This document shows, piece by piece, positions 1 to 20,089 of a stretch of 64,000 nucleotides of DNA. The stretch lies in NCBI GenBank assembly GCA_964234715.1, contig OZ174280.1; one strand, given 5' to 3'. The notes beneath the pieces were generated by a model that did not search any database, had not been told where the DNA came from, and saw nothing but the letters and a program-made list of their open reading frames with translations. The position numbers and the translations under genes were made by a program. Source of the DNA: Podarcis melisellensis (Eukaryota). Numbering within the stretch: the stretch's first letter is position 1; each line of letters starts with the position of its first letter.

Positions 1-3000
1 TGAAAGTGCAGTGTTGTTTCCTTTTTTTATGTGGTGAAATTTGAGCAAGGCCTAGAGGTTGTAGCCTTGGAACCAGGGGACCTGTGGCAGAGTCGGAAGC
101 TGCTGTCCCTTGGTTATCTTTAGTATCAAAGCAATTGCACTTTAATGAACTCCTGACTAGCTACGTAAATGTTTATACATTGACAGGATTACTGGGTCTT
201 AATGTTGATATTGTATATATCTTTTCCTTCACTACCAAACATTGATTTCATTGTTCATCATGGTTTCGATGTTAACCATCCTAGCATTGGTAAGAAGTTC
301 TGCATGTTTTTGGGTGAAGGAGACTTGGCTCACCAATAGTCTGGATTCATTCTTGCTGGAGAGATATTTCCATTTTCTGGTAGTCTCTACATTTGTTCAG
401 GTGATAATTTGTTCTTGGTGAGCCCATGCAGGTATGCTGTGTCCTTATTCTAAACAAGGAACAATTCAGAAAGTCCTCCATCATGAGTTGAATGACATAT
501 TTGTTCTTGTATTGTGTGGTTGCAATTTATTGGGAACCAAAAAAGCGTTAACACTGTTGGGGGAAATGTGATGAACCATGCAAAAGGTGCACAGTGGACT
601 CTTCCCCCCCCTTCAGTTTGTTTTGTCAACAAGCTTTGGAGCAGTTGTCCTACAACAGTCCTGTCCCAGCTCTCTGGGAGCTGTTGGTGGCTTCAACTGG
701 ATTAGCCCAGATGATTTGGTTAAGACTTCACCAGTCAGGGTTGAGGAATGACAAACAGCAAACTAAGCTCTGACCTTCTGATTGAAACTCAGCTTCTTTA
801 AGGTCATTTTACCAATTGGACACAGACCTTGCTTAGAAGCAGAGAGTTTCTTACTGGTTCCTGTTGGGACTAAGCAGTCTGCTCACGTATACCACTCTAC
901 TCAAACAGTACTCCATTTCCTTTTCTCCTTCATTATATCTTATTTGCAGCTAGGGTTCTTCTGCCCCTCCCCTCCTCTTTTTGCAACTTTTCCAGTGGTA
1001 AGTGTGACTCTTAGTTCCCCTTTCAGATCAGCATGGATGGGAAGAACAGAACTTCTCCTTTTCTAGCCATGATTACTACAGCTGTACCAGGGAGGACATT
1101 AACATTTTCCTTTCTTTTCAGTAGGATGTGAGCATAGATGCCTCATGGTGGGTCTCTGAGTATCGCCCTGTCTTGGCTTCTGTGGACCCTGAACCAAGCA
1201 TGGTTCTGTTATTACTCTGGGACATTCATGCACCTCAGTTTTGTCAGACTGGTGGCTGGGGACTGTGGCCAGGAAGGAATGTGCTCCAAGTCATGAGACA
1301 TCTGTCCCAAAATGTGAGAAGCTATTTGACTTATAGATGGGCTACATAGGTAGAAATACCTTACCCCATCCCAATATGTATGTGGAAGGGACAATGAAGA
1401 ACTCTTTCCTATAACAGTACTTCAGTGTTCTGCCTCATGACTAAACTTATTGGAGAGGAAGCAGAGCGGAGCACCACTTGAATGAATAAATGATGTATGT
1501 AACCGTACTCAGGGGGGGTAGCCTGTCATTTGACCTTGCTACTATAGGGAAGAAGCAGTGTGATGAATGGAGGTTTATTCACTGTGCTGTCTCTTCTTTT
1601 TTATGGTAGCTTGGGGTAGCTGTTGTTGCAAAACAGGGACTTAACTTCTCAGATGTGATTGAATGATTAATAACTTTGAAGAGTCTTAAAAGTTTTGGAT
1701 CTTAACCTTTAGGATCACAATCTTTAATGTGAAGGATTTACTGAAATGGTATTCTCTCTAGGTTTTATGCTCGAAACACTGTTCCATTTTTATTTTTTCA
1801 TCATTGTTAAACAATTAATAAGATCAGTTGTACAGGCCAATTCTCAAAGCATCAGCAGAATCATGGCTTCACTGGTCAGTTTGCTGTTGTGCCAACTCTA
1901 CTTTGTGTAATAAACTACACTTAACTTGGTTTTCCATAGTGTCTGCTAACAATTTTGGGACTTTGTATGGGTTGTCTGGGGGGTGGGGAGTTAATTTCCC
2001 CCAAGAATTCTTGTAGCTTTAAAACTTTTTACATGCACTGCATACAAGGGTTTCACTCATGTCTTCTGGCAGGATGATGAACCATTTGGTCTTGGACTTA
2101 GAGGTAGGATAGGTTTGTGTTGCTTTTTATACTATCTGGCCCAAATTTTAAGAGGGCTCCTGTACCTCTAGGAGTTTTACAGAAAGTAGTGTATTTTCAT
2201 CAATTGCTGCAACACTGCGTTGGGTAAAACAACTCTGAAAAAATGCTACCTGTATTCTGAAATAATGCATTCCAAAATAGTATTGGGCCTGAAAGTGGTA
2301 GTTTGCTTCCTTTCTTTGCAATTGCATATTCCATCCTTGCTATGTGTTATATACTTGTAATATAAATCAAGGAGGAGAAAAGTGAATGACTACTACAAGA
2401 GACAAAAATCTGGAGCTGGTCCTATTGAAAGTAACATATCAAGATTAGCATTGTGGATCTGAAAAGTAAATACCAGAATTCTGGGTGGGAATCTTTAGCC
2501 CACTTCCTGTTAGGCCTCACAGGGTGCCATGGAATTTTCTCCCCTTCTGAAAGTATAGAAAGAGACTCTCCAGTCTACTGAGTGTATTCTCTACTGCTTA
2601 TAGTACAAATTGATTTGGAATATAGAGAGGGATTGTCCTAGTCAGTATCCACTGAGAAAGCAGTGAACAAATCCACATAAGGACAGGAAGCTTCTTTTGC
2701 CAGCTCGCTTCACACTTTTCTTTTGAAGAAAAGTAGAGGTGTCCTTAGGGTTCATTTTTGGCCCTTGAGTTCTCCTGCAGTATGTAAAGAAGATCCTTCA
2801 AGCAGTGTGAGTAAACTACCGTTCAGCTGTGCTTTGTCTTATTATGCCTTTCCATTCCTGTATTCCTCCATTGTTGGGATGCCTTCAGATACCTGATTTC
2901 TGACTTCAAAGTTCACATTGTGTACTGTGTCTGAATGATGCTGTTGTAGTACTTGAGGGTAGCTAGAATTACTGATATGTTTTCCTACCATGTTGTAAAG

Positions 3001-3299
3001 ACTTGGGATGGATTACAAGAACCCCTCTTTTTTAGTAAGGTTCTTGCACTCAGTGGGATATGCCAAGGTTGCCCACCACCCCAGGATGTTTTATTTAATG
3101 CTGCTTAGCATGAAGCCATTGGTAAGGAGAATTTTGAGCTAATATTTGCCAGATTTAAAATTTACTTGTAAATCGGTATGCACTAAAATATAGCTTTGGT
3201 ATAATATAATAAAAATATAACTATATTTTATGTAATAAATTATTATAACCAGAGAAAAAGCTTTAATTTATGCTAGTTGATCTAATTTTCTACATTAGA

Positions 3300-3760
3300 A
3301 AGGGGGACCATAAGTTCTCAAATTGTCCCGTTTATTTGTCTACTTTTGCTTAATTGTACTATTTCTCTTTAATTTCGTTACTGTAGCAAGATACCAAACT
3401 CTATCTAACCATTCTCATTCTGTTGAAATGATTGGAAAATACCATTTCACTTCCAAAATATATATTTTGGCAGCAGCTAATAAAACCCAAATGAATTCCC
3501 ATGTTCTGATCTGACATCTTCATTAGGATATTCCAGAAAAAATATTAGCAGATTTATAAGTATGTGATATGCAATTATAATTATATAAATGCATCTAGTG
3601 GTCTTTCCTACCAAATTCCTAATTTTGTCTCATGTCCATCAGACATTAATATAACCCTCAACTGTTTCCCCACATTTCCAATATATTCCACTAATGTCTT
3701 TGGTTATATGTTTGGTGAATATTTGAATATAATTTGATGTGGTGTCTTTTATAAAAAAAA
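3300..3760 (-). mobile_element. Degenerate L1/Tx1 ORF2 C-terminal fragment
   Basis: The minus strand reads ..GIYWKCGETVEGYINV*WT*DKI.., a decayed form of the L1 CWKC..G...HMWWxC..I zinc-knuckle region. Boundaries are approximate. Confidence 0.5.
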
Positions 3761-3879
3761 AAATTTGAATTGAATATAATCTGGAGCTTTGGGCAGTGAT
3801 GTTATTGACATAACACCAAGCTGTAAATGTTGTTAACTAAATGAACGGGTACTACTATTTTGGTTTTAGTTAACATTGA

Positions 3880-4230
3880 CACATTTTGGTGGAGTGGATG
3901 GTTAAACAAACTAGATTTGAATTTAGGCAAGTTGAAGATAGTTCTGGTAGATAGTTCTGGACTGGTAGCAGCCCTGCCTCTATTAGACAGAAGTGACAGT
4001 CACCGCATCAAACTAGTTAGGTGTCTAGAAGTATCGTACCCTTAAACCCTGTCTTATTTTTTGACAGGCAGGTTTGGGGGTTTCCAGGAGCACCTTCAAT
4101 CAACTACATCTATTGTGTAGCTGTGTAGCTTTCTGGAGAGGAAGGCTCTAGCTATGCTTTTTGATATTGTGTAACCAGTACTGTAGTATGGAACTTCCAG
4201 AAATTTTTGAATTAGATACCTTTCTGGGAA
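3880..4230 (+). mobile_element. Degenerate L2 LINE fragment (post-RT region)
   Basis: WLNKLDLNLGKLKIVLV..PLLD..VRCLEV resembles the L2 motif WMxxNKLKLNPxKTEVL..PVLDG..VRSLGV. Confidence 0.5.
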
Positions 4231-5724
4231 ACTTTCTTATGCTATTAGGCTAATTTACACTGTAGATAATTCAGTTTGTGTTGGAAACTTTTATTACACT
4301 CCCAATTTAGCATGTTCATTTTTCTAATATTTTGTAAACAAAGTAAAGAAACTTGGGCATTGGCAAGCTTGCCTGTGTTTGCAGTTGGCATCCAACTCAC
4401 AAAATGGGGGTGGGGGGATTCCACAGCAAAATAAATCACTGGTAAATTTTCCATTCCACATCTTGGTTTGTAACTGCCGGGTTTGACTACTTTTTGTAAG
4501 GAAGACTGCAAAGTGCAGTTAATACAAAATGGCATCAGATTATATCTTATGCTAACTTTCTCAGTGTTGGTGGCATGGCTTGGCAAGGAAGGATGCTATG
4601 CCACACTCCCCTCTTCTCCAACCTTCACCTGGGTTGCTCCAAAAGAACACTTTGCCTTCATGGGGCCCCGTTCCCCCCTTGTGCATAGACTATTAACCTG
4701 CACAGCATACAAATTTGAATAGATTCTGCTCCTAGTTCTTACCTAAATGTCAGGAAGAGTGTAGCTCTCCCTGGGTGTATATGCCCATTATCTCTCTCTC
4801 TCCAGTGTTGCTTTCAAAGCCTGTGTGTGCAGGGAAAGGCAGCAGGCTGTTGGCTCCTGGTGCCAATTTTTTTTGAGATCAGAGTCTGCTGCTGCTGAGT
4901 GAAGGTTCTGGAGTTGGCAGTGCCTGGGGCTTAAAGCTGTCGCTTGGAGCAGGCTGCACACCTATGAGCAGCTAGGCTTCTGCTCACAGGGATGCGAATA
5001 TGACCCTGATGAGCTCTGAGCCATTGAATAGAGTCTTCAGTTTCCTGACCCACTTTCTTCTGCTTCCCCATACATGGTTAATTCTACCAGACTTGTTTTT
5101 GGTGTGGTGTATTATATCTACAATGTCTACTGATAGGGACTTCACACCCTCTGTTGAACTGCCTTGTTGTCTAACACTTCCTAATGTCAACACTATTTTT
5201 TAAAAATAGATCAAAGGGTCACCCTACTTGCATTCTCTCTTTAGTTATTCTCCATGGGAGCCAATCTATCCTTTCTTCCCCAGTTCTGTGACTCATTTGT
5301 TCTCTATCCTGCCCCATGATGCTCTGTTTCTGCAGCCTTGCTCTTTCTTTCTCAGCTCCTTCCCACCTCTGTGTCTGTCTGTGTCTTTTTTCACATTGTC
5401 AGGCTCACAGGCGGATAGTTCTGCCTGGACCTTGCAAGTGGAACATTTGCATCCTGTGACTGTCCCATCATATTCTATTCATATATCCCGAAATACAGTT
5501 CCCATCATCATGTCATTGACTCATCTTCTTCCACTCTGCTTCCCAGTCTGAGATTGTGGGGTGATTTTCCCTTCCTGTCTGCAGTATGTGATACTGCTAA
5601 CTTTTTCACAGCTGGTTTTTGGAGGAAAAAAGGCCCCCAGAGCCAGAATTTCTGTGGATGTGAAGGCACACCATTCTTGCTTATCTAAGAATGAAAGCTG
5701 CTGGGGATCCTTTTGGTATTGTTA

Positions 5725-6050
5725 ATAATAATAATAACATTTCATTTATCAGTCACTTTATGCAATAAAAGGTCTCAAAGCAACTTGACAAATTAAATTA
5801 CAACACCATTTAAAGCCAGAAAAGTTTAAAACAGCGAGAATATATAGTACATAAAATGCACATTCATCAACAAATTAATAAGGACCAAGTCCTACCCACC
5901 CCACTAAAAGATGGGCCCCACCATAGGAGGCAATATTAATTAACCAAAGGTCTTGGCTTGCTGCGCCTAAAAACTGACAAAGATGGTGACAGGCGCATCT
6001 CCCTAAAAAGAGCATTCCACAGGTGAGGCGGTTGGGAACATCACAGAAAA
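5725..6050 (-). mobile_element. L2 LINE 3' end
   Basis: The minus strand encodes an LWNAL..EMRLSPSL..FRR-like L2 C-terminus followed by an AT-rich tail. Confidence 0.5.
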
Positions 6051-6399
6051 GAATGACTGATTATAAAAAGACTTCATGAATAACTTTGTTTATTTGGGTT
6101 GGTCACGAGTAGTGTCACAGATGGATGTGCTTCAAACTGCAGCTGTTAGATAACTTTTTTCATAGCAATCCCCATTAGGGCTACCACAAAGGGGCCGTGC
6201 CCTTCCAGTTAGCTGTGTGAACATGGGGATTTTATTTTTTATACATAAACATAATATTTCAATGAATATTAAACTAAGAAAGATTTTCATTTATACGTAC
6301 AGAAAAAATGGGGCGGGGGCAGAAAAGTGTTTCCATTACTGCACACAGTAAAATCAGCAAATCTATAGACATAGATTCATTAAGCATTATATTAAATCA

Positions 6400-7250
6400 C
6401 CCTGCTCCTTATTTATTTTAGGAATTGCAGTACATCATTTCTCCTGAAAGCCGACATTTTGGCTAGATAAGATGATTCCCAGACTGTCACTGATCCTTCC
6501 CTGATGATATAGATTGTCCTTCCCATTGTTTGGCATAAATCAACTTTGCAGCAACCAATAAATTTGAAATCAGCTCGTGCAATCTTTCACATATTCTTCT
6601 GTTACATAATTCAAAAGAAGGAGGATCAAATGGCAGCTACATTTCATTTTATCACTCCCACTAGCATTTTCCAAATTCTCTGGTTCTTATACAATTTCAC
6701 TACCTGCAGAGAAAATGTGTTTTCTTTCCCTGATGCTAAAAAGGTACCCAGTATCTGGTTTACACATTTCTGTGGCGTAAGATGCCACTGAATTGCCATG
6801 TTATAGCAGTTTCCCCTTAAATTGAAGTACAACGAAAACATTGACCTTTTCATAAATAAAAATGTCTGCACTTCCACAGAAGTTTTGTAAGTTTCTTTTT
6901 CAGTTTGTCATAAAAGAATTTGACTATATGCACTAATGGAAGATGATACAAGGGTGGTTGTGGTTTTTTTTAACCGGAGTTCATTGCCATTATCTCTCTG
7001 AACATTTCATTTTCTTTTTGTAGAGTGAAATTATGAATATAGGGATAAAAGGCCATATTCTTTGCCTCCAAGATACCTGTGACTTCTTTATAGGCAATCA
7101 TAGGAGATCTTCGTTACATTTTTCCAGTAAACTGAAACTTTCTAAATATTGATAAAGATCTAAATCACTTGTTACCCAAGCCAATGTGTTGTATCAGGAG
7201 CTGTTGTTTAGATTTTGAGGATAGACATAGACAAAGATACATTAATGATA
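6400..7250 (-). mobile_element. Degenerate L1/Tx1 ORF2 3' portion
   Basis: Minus-strand fragments QWHLTPQK and LLVAAKLIYAKQW match the L1 C-terminal motifs RWYLTP and AARxLIAxxWK. Multiple stops and frameshifts. Confidence 0.55.
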
Positions 7251-7937
7251 GGTGGAATGATTACATCTCTTGAGTTTTTCTATAACTGCCAATTGTGCCA
7301 TTAGGAAGCTTCCATCATAGCTACACAGAACATCCTGCCCATACATTGGTGGCTGTTATCTTGCCTTTGGCTGAGCCTGGCTTCTGCACGGGCCTTGCAG
7401 AAGTTCGAAAGTGATTGTTTGAGGTCCAAGGTGTTGTATTCCTATGTGGGTCAGTGCTGCAGCACTCAGAAGATAAAGAGTGAGGTAGCCAGTATGGTAC
7501 CCCAAATGTTATTTTTGCACTACTGACTGGAGATGATGAGAATTGGAGTTGCGCAGCATCTAGAGGATGCTCACATTGGCTACCCTGGAACAGAGAGGGG
7601 CAAGACTTCCTGTTAGTGCTGAAAGGATTAAAAAAAGTGTGCTGGTAGGAAGCCTGTAGGATAGGATTCCTTTTCTGTCTCTTATTTCTAGTAAGTAGTG
7701 ACCTTTTGGGTCTTGTTAAACAGAGCACAATAGAAAGGAATAAGTGATAGTTTCCCCATGAAAGAGGTGATTTGGAAAGGGGCAATTTGTGGTGTAAGCT
7801 GTATGAAGACTATATAAACCCTTTCTGCTCTCCCTGTGGGAGATCAGCACCGGTGGCAAGGTGTGAGCATCACAGATTGAGCTTTGAGGAGACCAAGACA
7901 AAAGGCGGAATCATTCTGTGTTTCTCTTGTTTTTCAG

Positions 7938-13546
<5,609 letters not shown>

Positions 13547-13851
13547 GCCCTTTGCCACCAGCCTGTCTGCCAGCTGCAGACTCTGTACATATTTATTTAA
13601 TGTCTTCTGTTGGCTTGGGATGGAGCTTGGTGTATAAATTTATTCCCGTGATCTTTCCCTGCGAGGCCGTGGAAGAACCTGACCAATTGATGTGTGTGTG
13701 AGAAAGAATCTGTCCTCCTTTCCTTCCATCCTTTCCTGCTCCACTTCCCCTGAAAGAAGGGTCTGGATGGACCTAGGAGAAGGAGCCTAGAGTCTTCCAG
13801 CCCTCCACTCTTTGTGGCAACCACTGCCAACAGCAATGCCATGTTCTGTGA

Positions 13852-13857
13852 AATAAA
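13852..13857 (+). terminator. Putative ATP6V0B polyadenylation signal AATAAA
   Basis: First AATAAA about 305 nt after the stop, followed by GT/T-rich sequence. Confidence 0.65.
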
Positions 13858-16800
13858 CTCATCCGTGTCCCAAGTAGTTTCCCTTCCTTGTGCTGCTGTG
13901 CCCCTCCTGCTACCCTGGCTCCTGCTGCCTCTCACTGTCCACATTTTCTGGAACAGCCAGTGGTACTGGCTGAAGATTTGGCTCTGCAGGCTATGGGAGG
14001 TGCCCTCCTAGGCACATCTGTTCCATACTGAAGGGGTGCATAGGAGCTAAAAGTTGTGATTTTTTGAGTTCCCTGAAACTTCACAAATGATTGGTTAATT
14101 AAAATTAAATATGGGAAATGTCTTGTCCGGTGATTAATCGTTGCTGTTTCTCTGTGGTGTGCCTGCTGTTCATCAAACTGCTCAATGCAGGGCTGGGCAA
14201 ACTTCAGGCTTATCTGATTGTCTTTGTTTCTTTAACTGGAATCCAAAATCTACTAACCAGGGGCAAAATATAGATTATTATTCTTTAGAAGGGGTTCCTC
14301 TGAGCCCATTTTGAATCCTAGGAATTGGTTTTCAGTACTAGAACGGAGCTCATAGTCCTTTTGCCCAAGTCTTCTCCTGCGTAACTTTCATCATTTCAGC
14401 GGCCAAATTTAGATGGGAAAGGTCATTTTGTTATTTCCTTTAGACAACTGATAGTTGAAAAGCCCTGCTGATTGATTGCAAATCACCCAGAGGTTTGATA
14501 GAGCCTGTGAGGTAGGTGCAAAGGCTGTAACTGGCCCAAGGTCACCCAGTGAGCTTCATGACTTGAGTGGGGATTTGAACCCTGAAGTTTTAAAGTGTTG
14601 TAAACTTTAAGGGTTTTTTTTCCTTTATAATGTGGTATAGAAATGAAATTAATCATCATCAACATCATCCCTGAGAAAGAAAATGAGACCTGGACATTCC
14701 ATTGTGGCAGCCACAACCTAGGTTTAAATTACCATTTAGCGAATAGCTTATATATCTGAGTCTCTACACTGGACCCCCATGGATTGGAGGTTCCCTCTCC
14801 CAGGGTAAAGAGTATTCCTGCTACCTCTTCCCAGGGGTGGGTAGTTTTGCAGTCCTAGGACCATGAAGCATATTAATTTACAAAACTGTATTTGTATCCT
14901 ATCTTGGGAGTTGCCAAAGGCAGCTTTCAGTTAAAGCAAAACTTAGCTGAAAATTAGAAGCCAGAGAGTCACATTGCAGAAGGGGAAACACTTCTTATGG
15001 TAGGATGAATCTACAGATCTTATAGCTTAAGCCCTGAGCAGGATTTGCCATCTGTAATCCAATCCCATGCCAGCCTTACCTGGTAACTGTAAGGGTGGGA
15101 GGAAGGAGCTGGATTCTAGGCAGCAAAAATTGTTATTTTCCCTGCAAAGTTTAGATAGTCAAATGGGGGGGGGTGTATTGTGATATATTCTTATTTTAAG
15201 GAATATATAAAAAAGAAAACTGATTCTGTTTGTTTGTTATTTCATTATTTACAGCAAGACTTCACTGTTCTGATTGGCTCAGTGCTTTTGGAGAACAACA
15301 GAGCTGTGCTTATTTTTCTACAGGAACTAAAAAAATTATGTGGCAGGGTGTTTAGTGTCACCTTTTGGGTTCCTTGCTGGGACAGAGCCCCACCCCGGGA
15401 GATTTCCTGAAACACTTTTGACAACTGTATATTTAGCCTCTTTTCCACGTTTCCCACTACTCTGAGTAAAAACACTTGAATTTACATGTGTGAGCCATTC
15501 TGGTGCTTGTTCTGAAGGCAAAGATGTTCCTTTGGGACACTCTCGGTACTTCTCAATGACATAACTAGTGTTCATCTAAATAAAGCTTTTAAGAACATTG
15601 CTAGTGGGGCAAGATCTGACCCATATAAGCTAGAGCAGGGCTACCAGATGGGGTTGCATGTTCCCTTGCTCTCCATAGTTTAATTCTCAAACTGTAGCTT
15701 TATCAGCATGTGGTTATAAAAGTCATCAAAGGATAGAAAACATCATCTTTATGTTGATGATACCCCGATGCTCTCTCATAGGCTGACTGAAATGGATTCA
15801 TTTAGTGTTTAAAAAATGATGTAGGTCAGGTGGTGGAAGAAGCCCTCCAGTAAATGGCTCTGTCAAGGACGTTTCCTTCAGTTCAGATCTGTACATGTTT
15901 TGATAGCTAGATGTGATGGCTTGTGTAAATTTAGAGGACATAGAGCCTCAAATTTCAGTTCAGCTTGATAACTGACAAGCCTAACATCTTGCTGTGGGGC
16001 AAAACGGATTTCAAAAGACAAACATTGTTTTGTCTAGTGCCACGTACATTCTTTCCTGGTGATGTATTTACAAAATCTTTCCTATTTAAAACATATAGGA
16101 CTATAACAATATGTCCAGAATAGCCTTAACACAAACTGGAGTTGCTATGGGTGGGGATGAGGGATTTATTTTCCTAACCTTTAAGCTGCGCTACAAGACT
16201 TACCTGCTTTTGAATGCAGCCCAGTGGTCCCTACACAACATTTCTTAAGCACTGAGATATGTATAACAAGTCTCTTCAAGGTCTGCATCTCAGTTACTTG
16301 TGATGGCTTCGTTCGCCTGCAGTTCATACTCTTAATGTTCTTCTCATTGTGATTGCAGCTCGGGGGGGGGGGGCTTTTCCTTACATAGATAATAACTCAA
16401 AATTTGACCTGTACACGTAACCTCAGGTCCTTGATTTTGCATACCCCACTTCTGTGTATTTAAATACAGTCATTGGGTGAGCAGTCAGTATCAGAAGATG
16501 AATCTTGATCCAAACAAAACACCTACATTCTGATTGTCATATGTGAAATCATAGTAACTGTCACTGTTCCAAGAAATGGGCTAGTTTGGCTTTATTCTCA
16601 TTGGAAATATGCTGGAGAAGTTGTGAGGGTTCCTTCAGATCAGGACAGGTTGCTGTTCTGTGGCATGAGTAGGGCCTGCTACACTGTAGCTCCACATTTC
16701 CCCCCTCAAAACATGTTGTGGTTACTGCCTTGAGGTGGCTTATCTTGCTGAGGCATAACCCTGGCAAGCCTATTGCTTTTTAGGAACCTTACACCGGCCT

Positions 16801-19800
16801 TGCGTGTTTCTGTGCTGCAGATAATTCTCTCTATTTAACAAATGTGTGCCCTGCCCTGTCTGCTATGTGCCAGGCTGATGGTAATAAAAGCAGCTTAAAA
16901 GAAGAACAGATTCCGACTAGTGAGCAATGGAAGTGGCAGCACAATCAAATGCTTGAAAATAAAAACAGCAGCAAACTACAAAACATTTCAACTGATATTT
17001 AAAAGGCTAGGAAAATAAAAGTCTAGGAAATTAAAAGGCTATGTGCGTCACATCAAAAAGGCATTGTAGTTGGCACTAGGTGTGCTCTCTTGGGAAAGCA
17101 TTCCAGTGATGTGCTAAAATGGTGAAGGCCCTTTCTGTAGTCCCCACCTGCCACCTGCTGTGTTTTTTCCTACACTGAAATGGTGTTGCTTCCTAGCACT
17201 ATGTTAGGAGCTGTTGTCCTCAGGAATCTTGCCACACCATTTTTCTGAGGGTGTTTCTTTCCTTAGTGCCATGAGGTCCTGTGTCTCATGTGGATGACCT
17301 CTGAGGCGGTGCAGACTGGGCCTGAGCCTACACAAGGAGTGAAAGTGAAGTCCTCCATTTTCCTCTCTAGGAGGCTTAAGTACAATCACAGTGCTTTTGC
17401 TGGCTTAGTGTTGGCTCCCTGGGTGATTCTGCCACATCCCTGCAAATCTGCTGTAAGATGCAGAAAATCCACTCACTTTGGATGTTTGTAGAGTGCCCGG
17501 CATAAGGAGCCAAGCTGGCTCATCAGACTAATGAGCTGGCAGGGATCCTTGGAGCATCGTGGGTGGGTGTTGTGGGGAGAGTCTTCCAGGATATTTGTAT
17601 CCTGCCTCCCACTTAATGAGCATGCAAGTTGCTGGGTGTGGTAGGAAGGTAAAAATTACCAGATCGAGGCACTAGGCTGGCATGCAAAGCTGTAAAGAAG
17701 AGCTGGGGAGCTTGACAGCTCTCACACAGAGAGAGAATAATAAACACATGAGCCCCGCAATATTGCACTGGGACTGAAGGAGCTCAGATGTGCTTGGGCA
17801 AGAATGTTGGCATGGCTTGCAGAGTGCCTGGAAGCACTGAACTCATTAGGTTACGTTACATGATAGTTGGAGGGGAAGGCTGGGTGGGGCTGGGTGGCTG
17901 AGGGGAGAAAAACAAAAGAAGCTCTTTGTTCAGAACTTACAGGGTTCTCCAAATTCTAGTGAGGAACAGACAATACTTCCTGATGATTCTTGAGGGTATT
18001 AGGGTGTGGAGATTTTGGAGGCTAGTGTTAATGACACTGTCTTGGCAACAGCAGCATAGTCCTATTGGCAGAGGTTATACCGGTAGTTCCCTGGAGGAAA
18101 ACGTGTTTTGCATGCAGAATGCCCCAGGTTCAATAATTAGCATTTCCAACTGAAAAGATACCAAGTGGAGAAAAAGATGAACCTTGGACTGCCACTGCTA
18201 AGAGAGACAGTGCTGTCTATTGTGAGTTCTTCCCAAGGTCTATGTAACTATGACAAGTTCATCGTTCAAATTTCCTGGGCGCCTCACCATTGTTAACATG
18301 TAGCATGTCTGCCAAACCATATTCTCATTTAATGAGCTCCTTCTCTCCTAGAATGTCCTTTATGAAGAAGGCTCGGTTCATTTCTCAGTTACCTGGAAAT
18401 GTATCCCAAAAGCATTCTATAGTACAGCTGGAAAGAGAAACTTTGGGAGGAAGGAGTCACAAATTGAACTGAACTGGTGGGGTGGGGGGCGGCGGCAGAC
18501 AGACAGACCAAGACAGAGAACATTTGAATGGTCCACGCCAGGTAGGAAGGTGACAGTGCACTAGCAGACACAGGTTGGATAACAGTCTCCTAAACACATG
18601 GACATTTTGGGAATCCTAAGCAAGTTAATACCTTGCTACAGCCGATGAGTTATATTTTATGTATGCTTTATTTTTATTCATTTTGCATATTTTTATTAAT
18701 GATGTAGTGCTGGAAATGAAGAACCCAAATCTCTGGTGTTAGGCACATCTATACCCTACCAAATTCCATGGGTCTGATTATGCACCCCCTTGTCCAAATG
18801 ATAGCCCAAAGTTCTTAGTAATACAGAGCTTGCTTCAGGGAGAGGCAACTGCCACTTGCTGGGTTCTGTTCTACTCCAGCATGCCTAGAAGTGTGACTTC
18901 TGTGTGCCGTTTCTGTGGGCAGCATTGGCATCACCCTATCATACCTTCGGCAGCATGAATTTCCCTTGCATCTCCACTTCATTTCCAAGTTGCCTAACCA
19001 AGCACCAACATGGTGACAGCCACATTTTACATTTCTGGCTATATAACCCTGCTGAGAGGCGGGTCCTGTGATGCGACATTTAGTGGAAACATTCAGTTAA
19101 CACTGTCCTGGGGCCTCAGCAGATGTGCTTATAAACTTGCCACCTGACCATTTATATGCCAAATTCAGAGAAGAGTGGAGAGGCATCAGGAAATGGAAGG
19201 ACCTTCCCCTTTGCTTTTGCAGTACCCTAGACTTGAAAGGAATCTTAAAAGCAAGATTTAAAAAAAAATAAATTCTAGAGCTGCAGATTGGAAGGAGGCC
19301 CAAACTTCCTTGTTTGTTGCATTTCACCAGTTGGGCTCAGGCTCCCTGATGGTTTTGGTTACCCTAAGTAACACCATATTCTAGCTTAAAACATGGCGGG
19401 CAGGACTAGTAAGTGGCCTATGATGAACCACAGTGCCACAGAAAATGGGTCAGGGTGGCGAGCTCTGTGGAAGGAACAGATGGGCCACCACCCTATCTCA
19501 CATGTCAAAAACTCACAACCACAGAAAACATTAATTTTGGAATACCAACTAAATGCTCCTTTTTTTTGATGTGGCAACCCAACTCCTCCTGTTCGATGTA
19601 CCTTTGTAAGAGTGGGGCCTAGATTTCTGCGTACCTGGGAGTCGTGCTGCTAAGTTCAAAAGTGAGAAAAAGGAGTGGGCTATTTAGAAGGGAGGGAGAT
19701 GCATTCTGTATGCAGTCAAACCCGTTCCCTTGTTGCATCTTCACATGCTCCAGAGCCCACGACTGAAAACGTGTGTGTCCCATGGAGCTGAGCCCACAAC

Positions 19801-20089
19801 GTTTAATATATGCGATTCTATTTCTTTTATTTGCAATATGGTGTGTACAGTTGACATTATGGGAAAATATCATGGCGACGAACAGCATAAAATCAACAAT
19901 AACATGCGATTCACAAAACAAGTACGAAATACATCACAGATCGGCAGAGGAGGTCAATACATCGCCGGTTCACCCCTCAGGTGAGCATCATCACCACTGG
20001 GTGATGAGATTCATGCCTTGGTTGGAGTGCGTGTGTGATGAATGGGTACTCCCCACCCCACCCCCTAGGATCTTCTCCTCTGATCGGGA

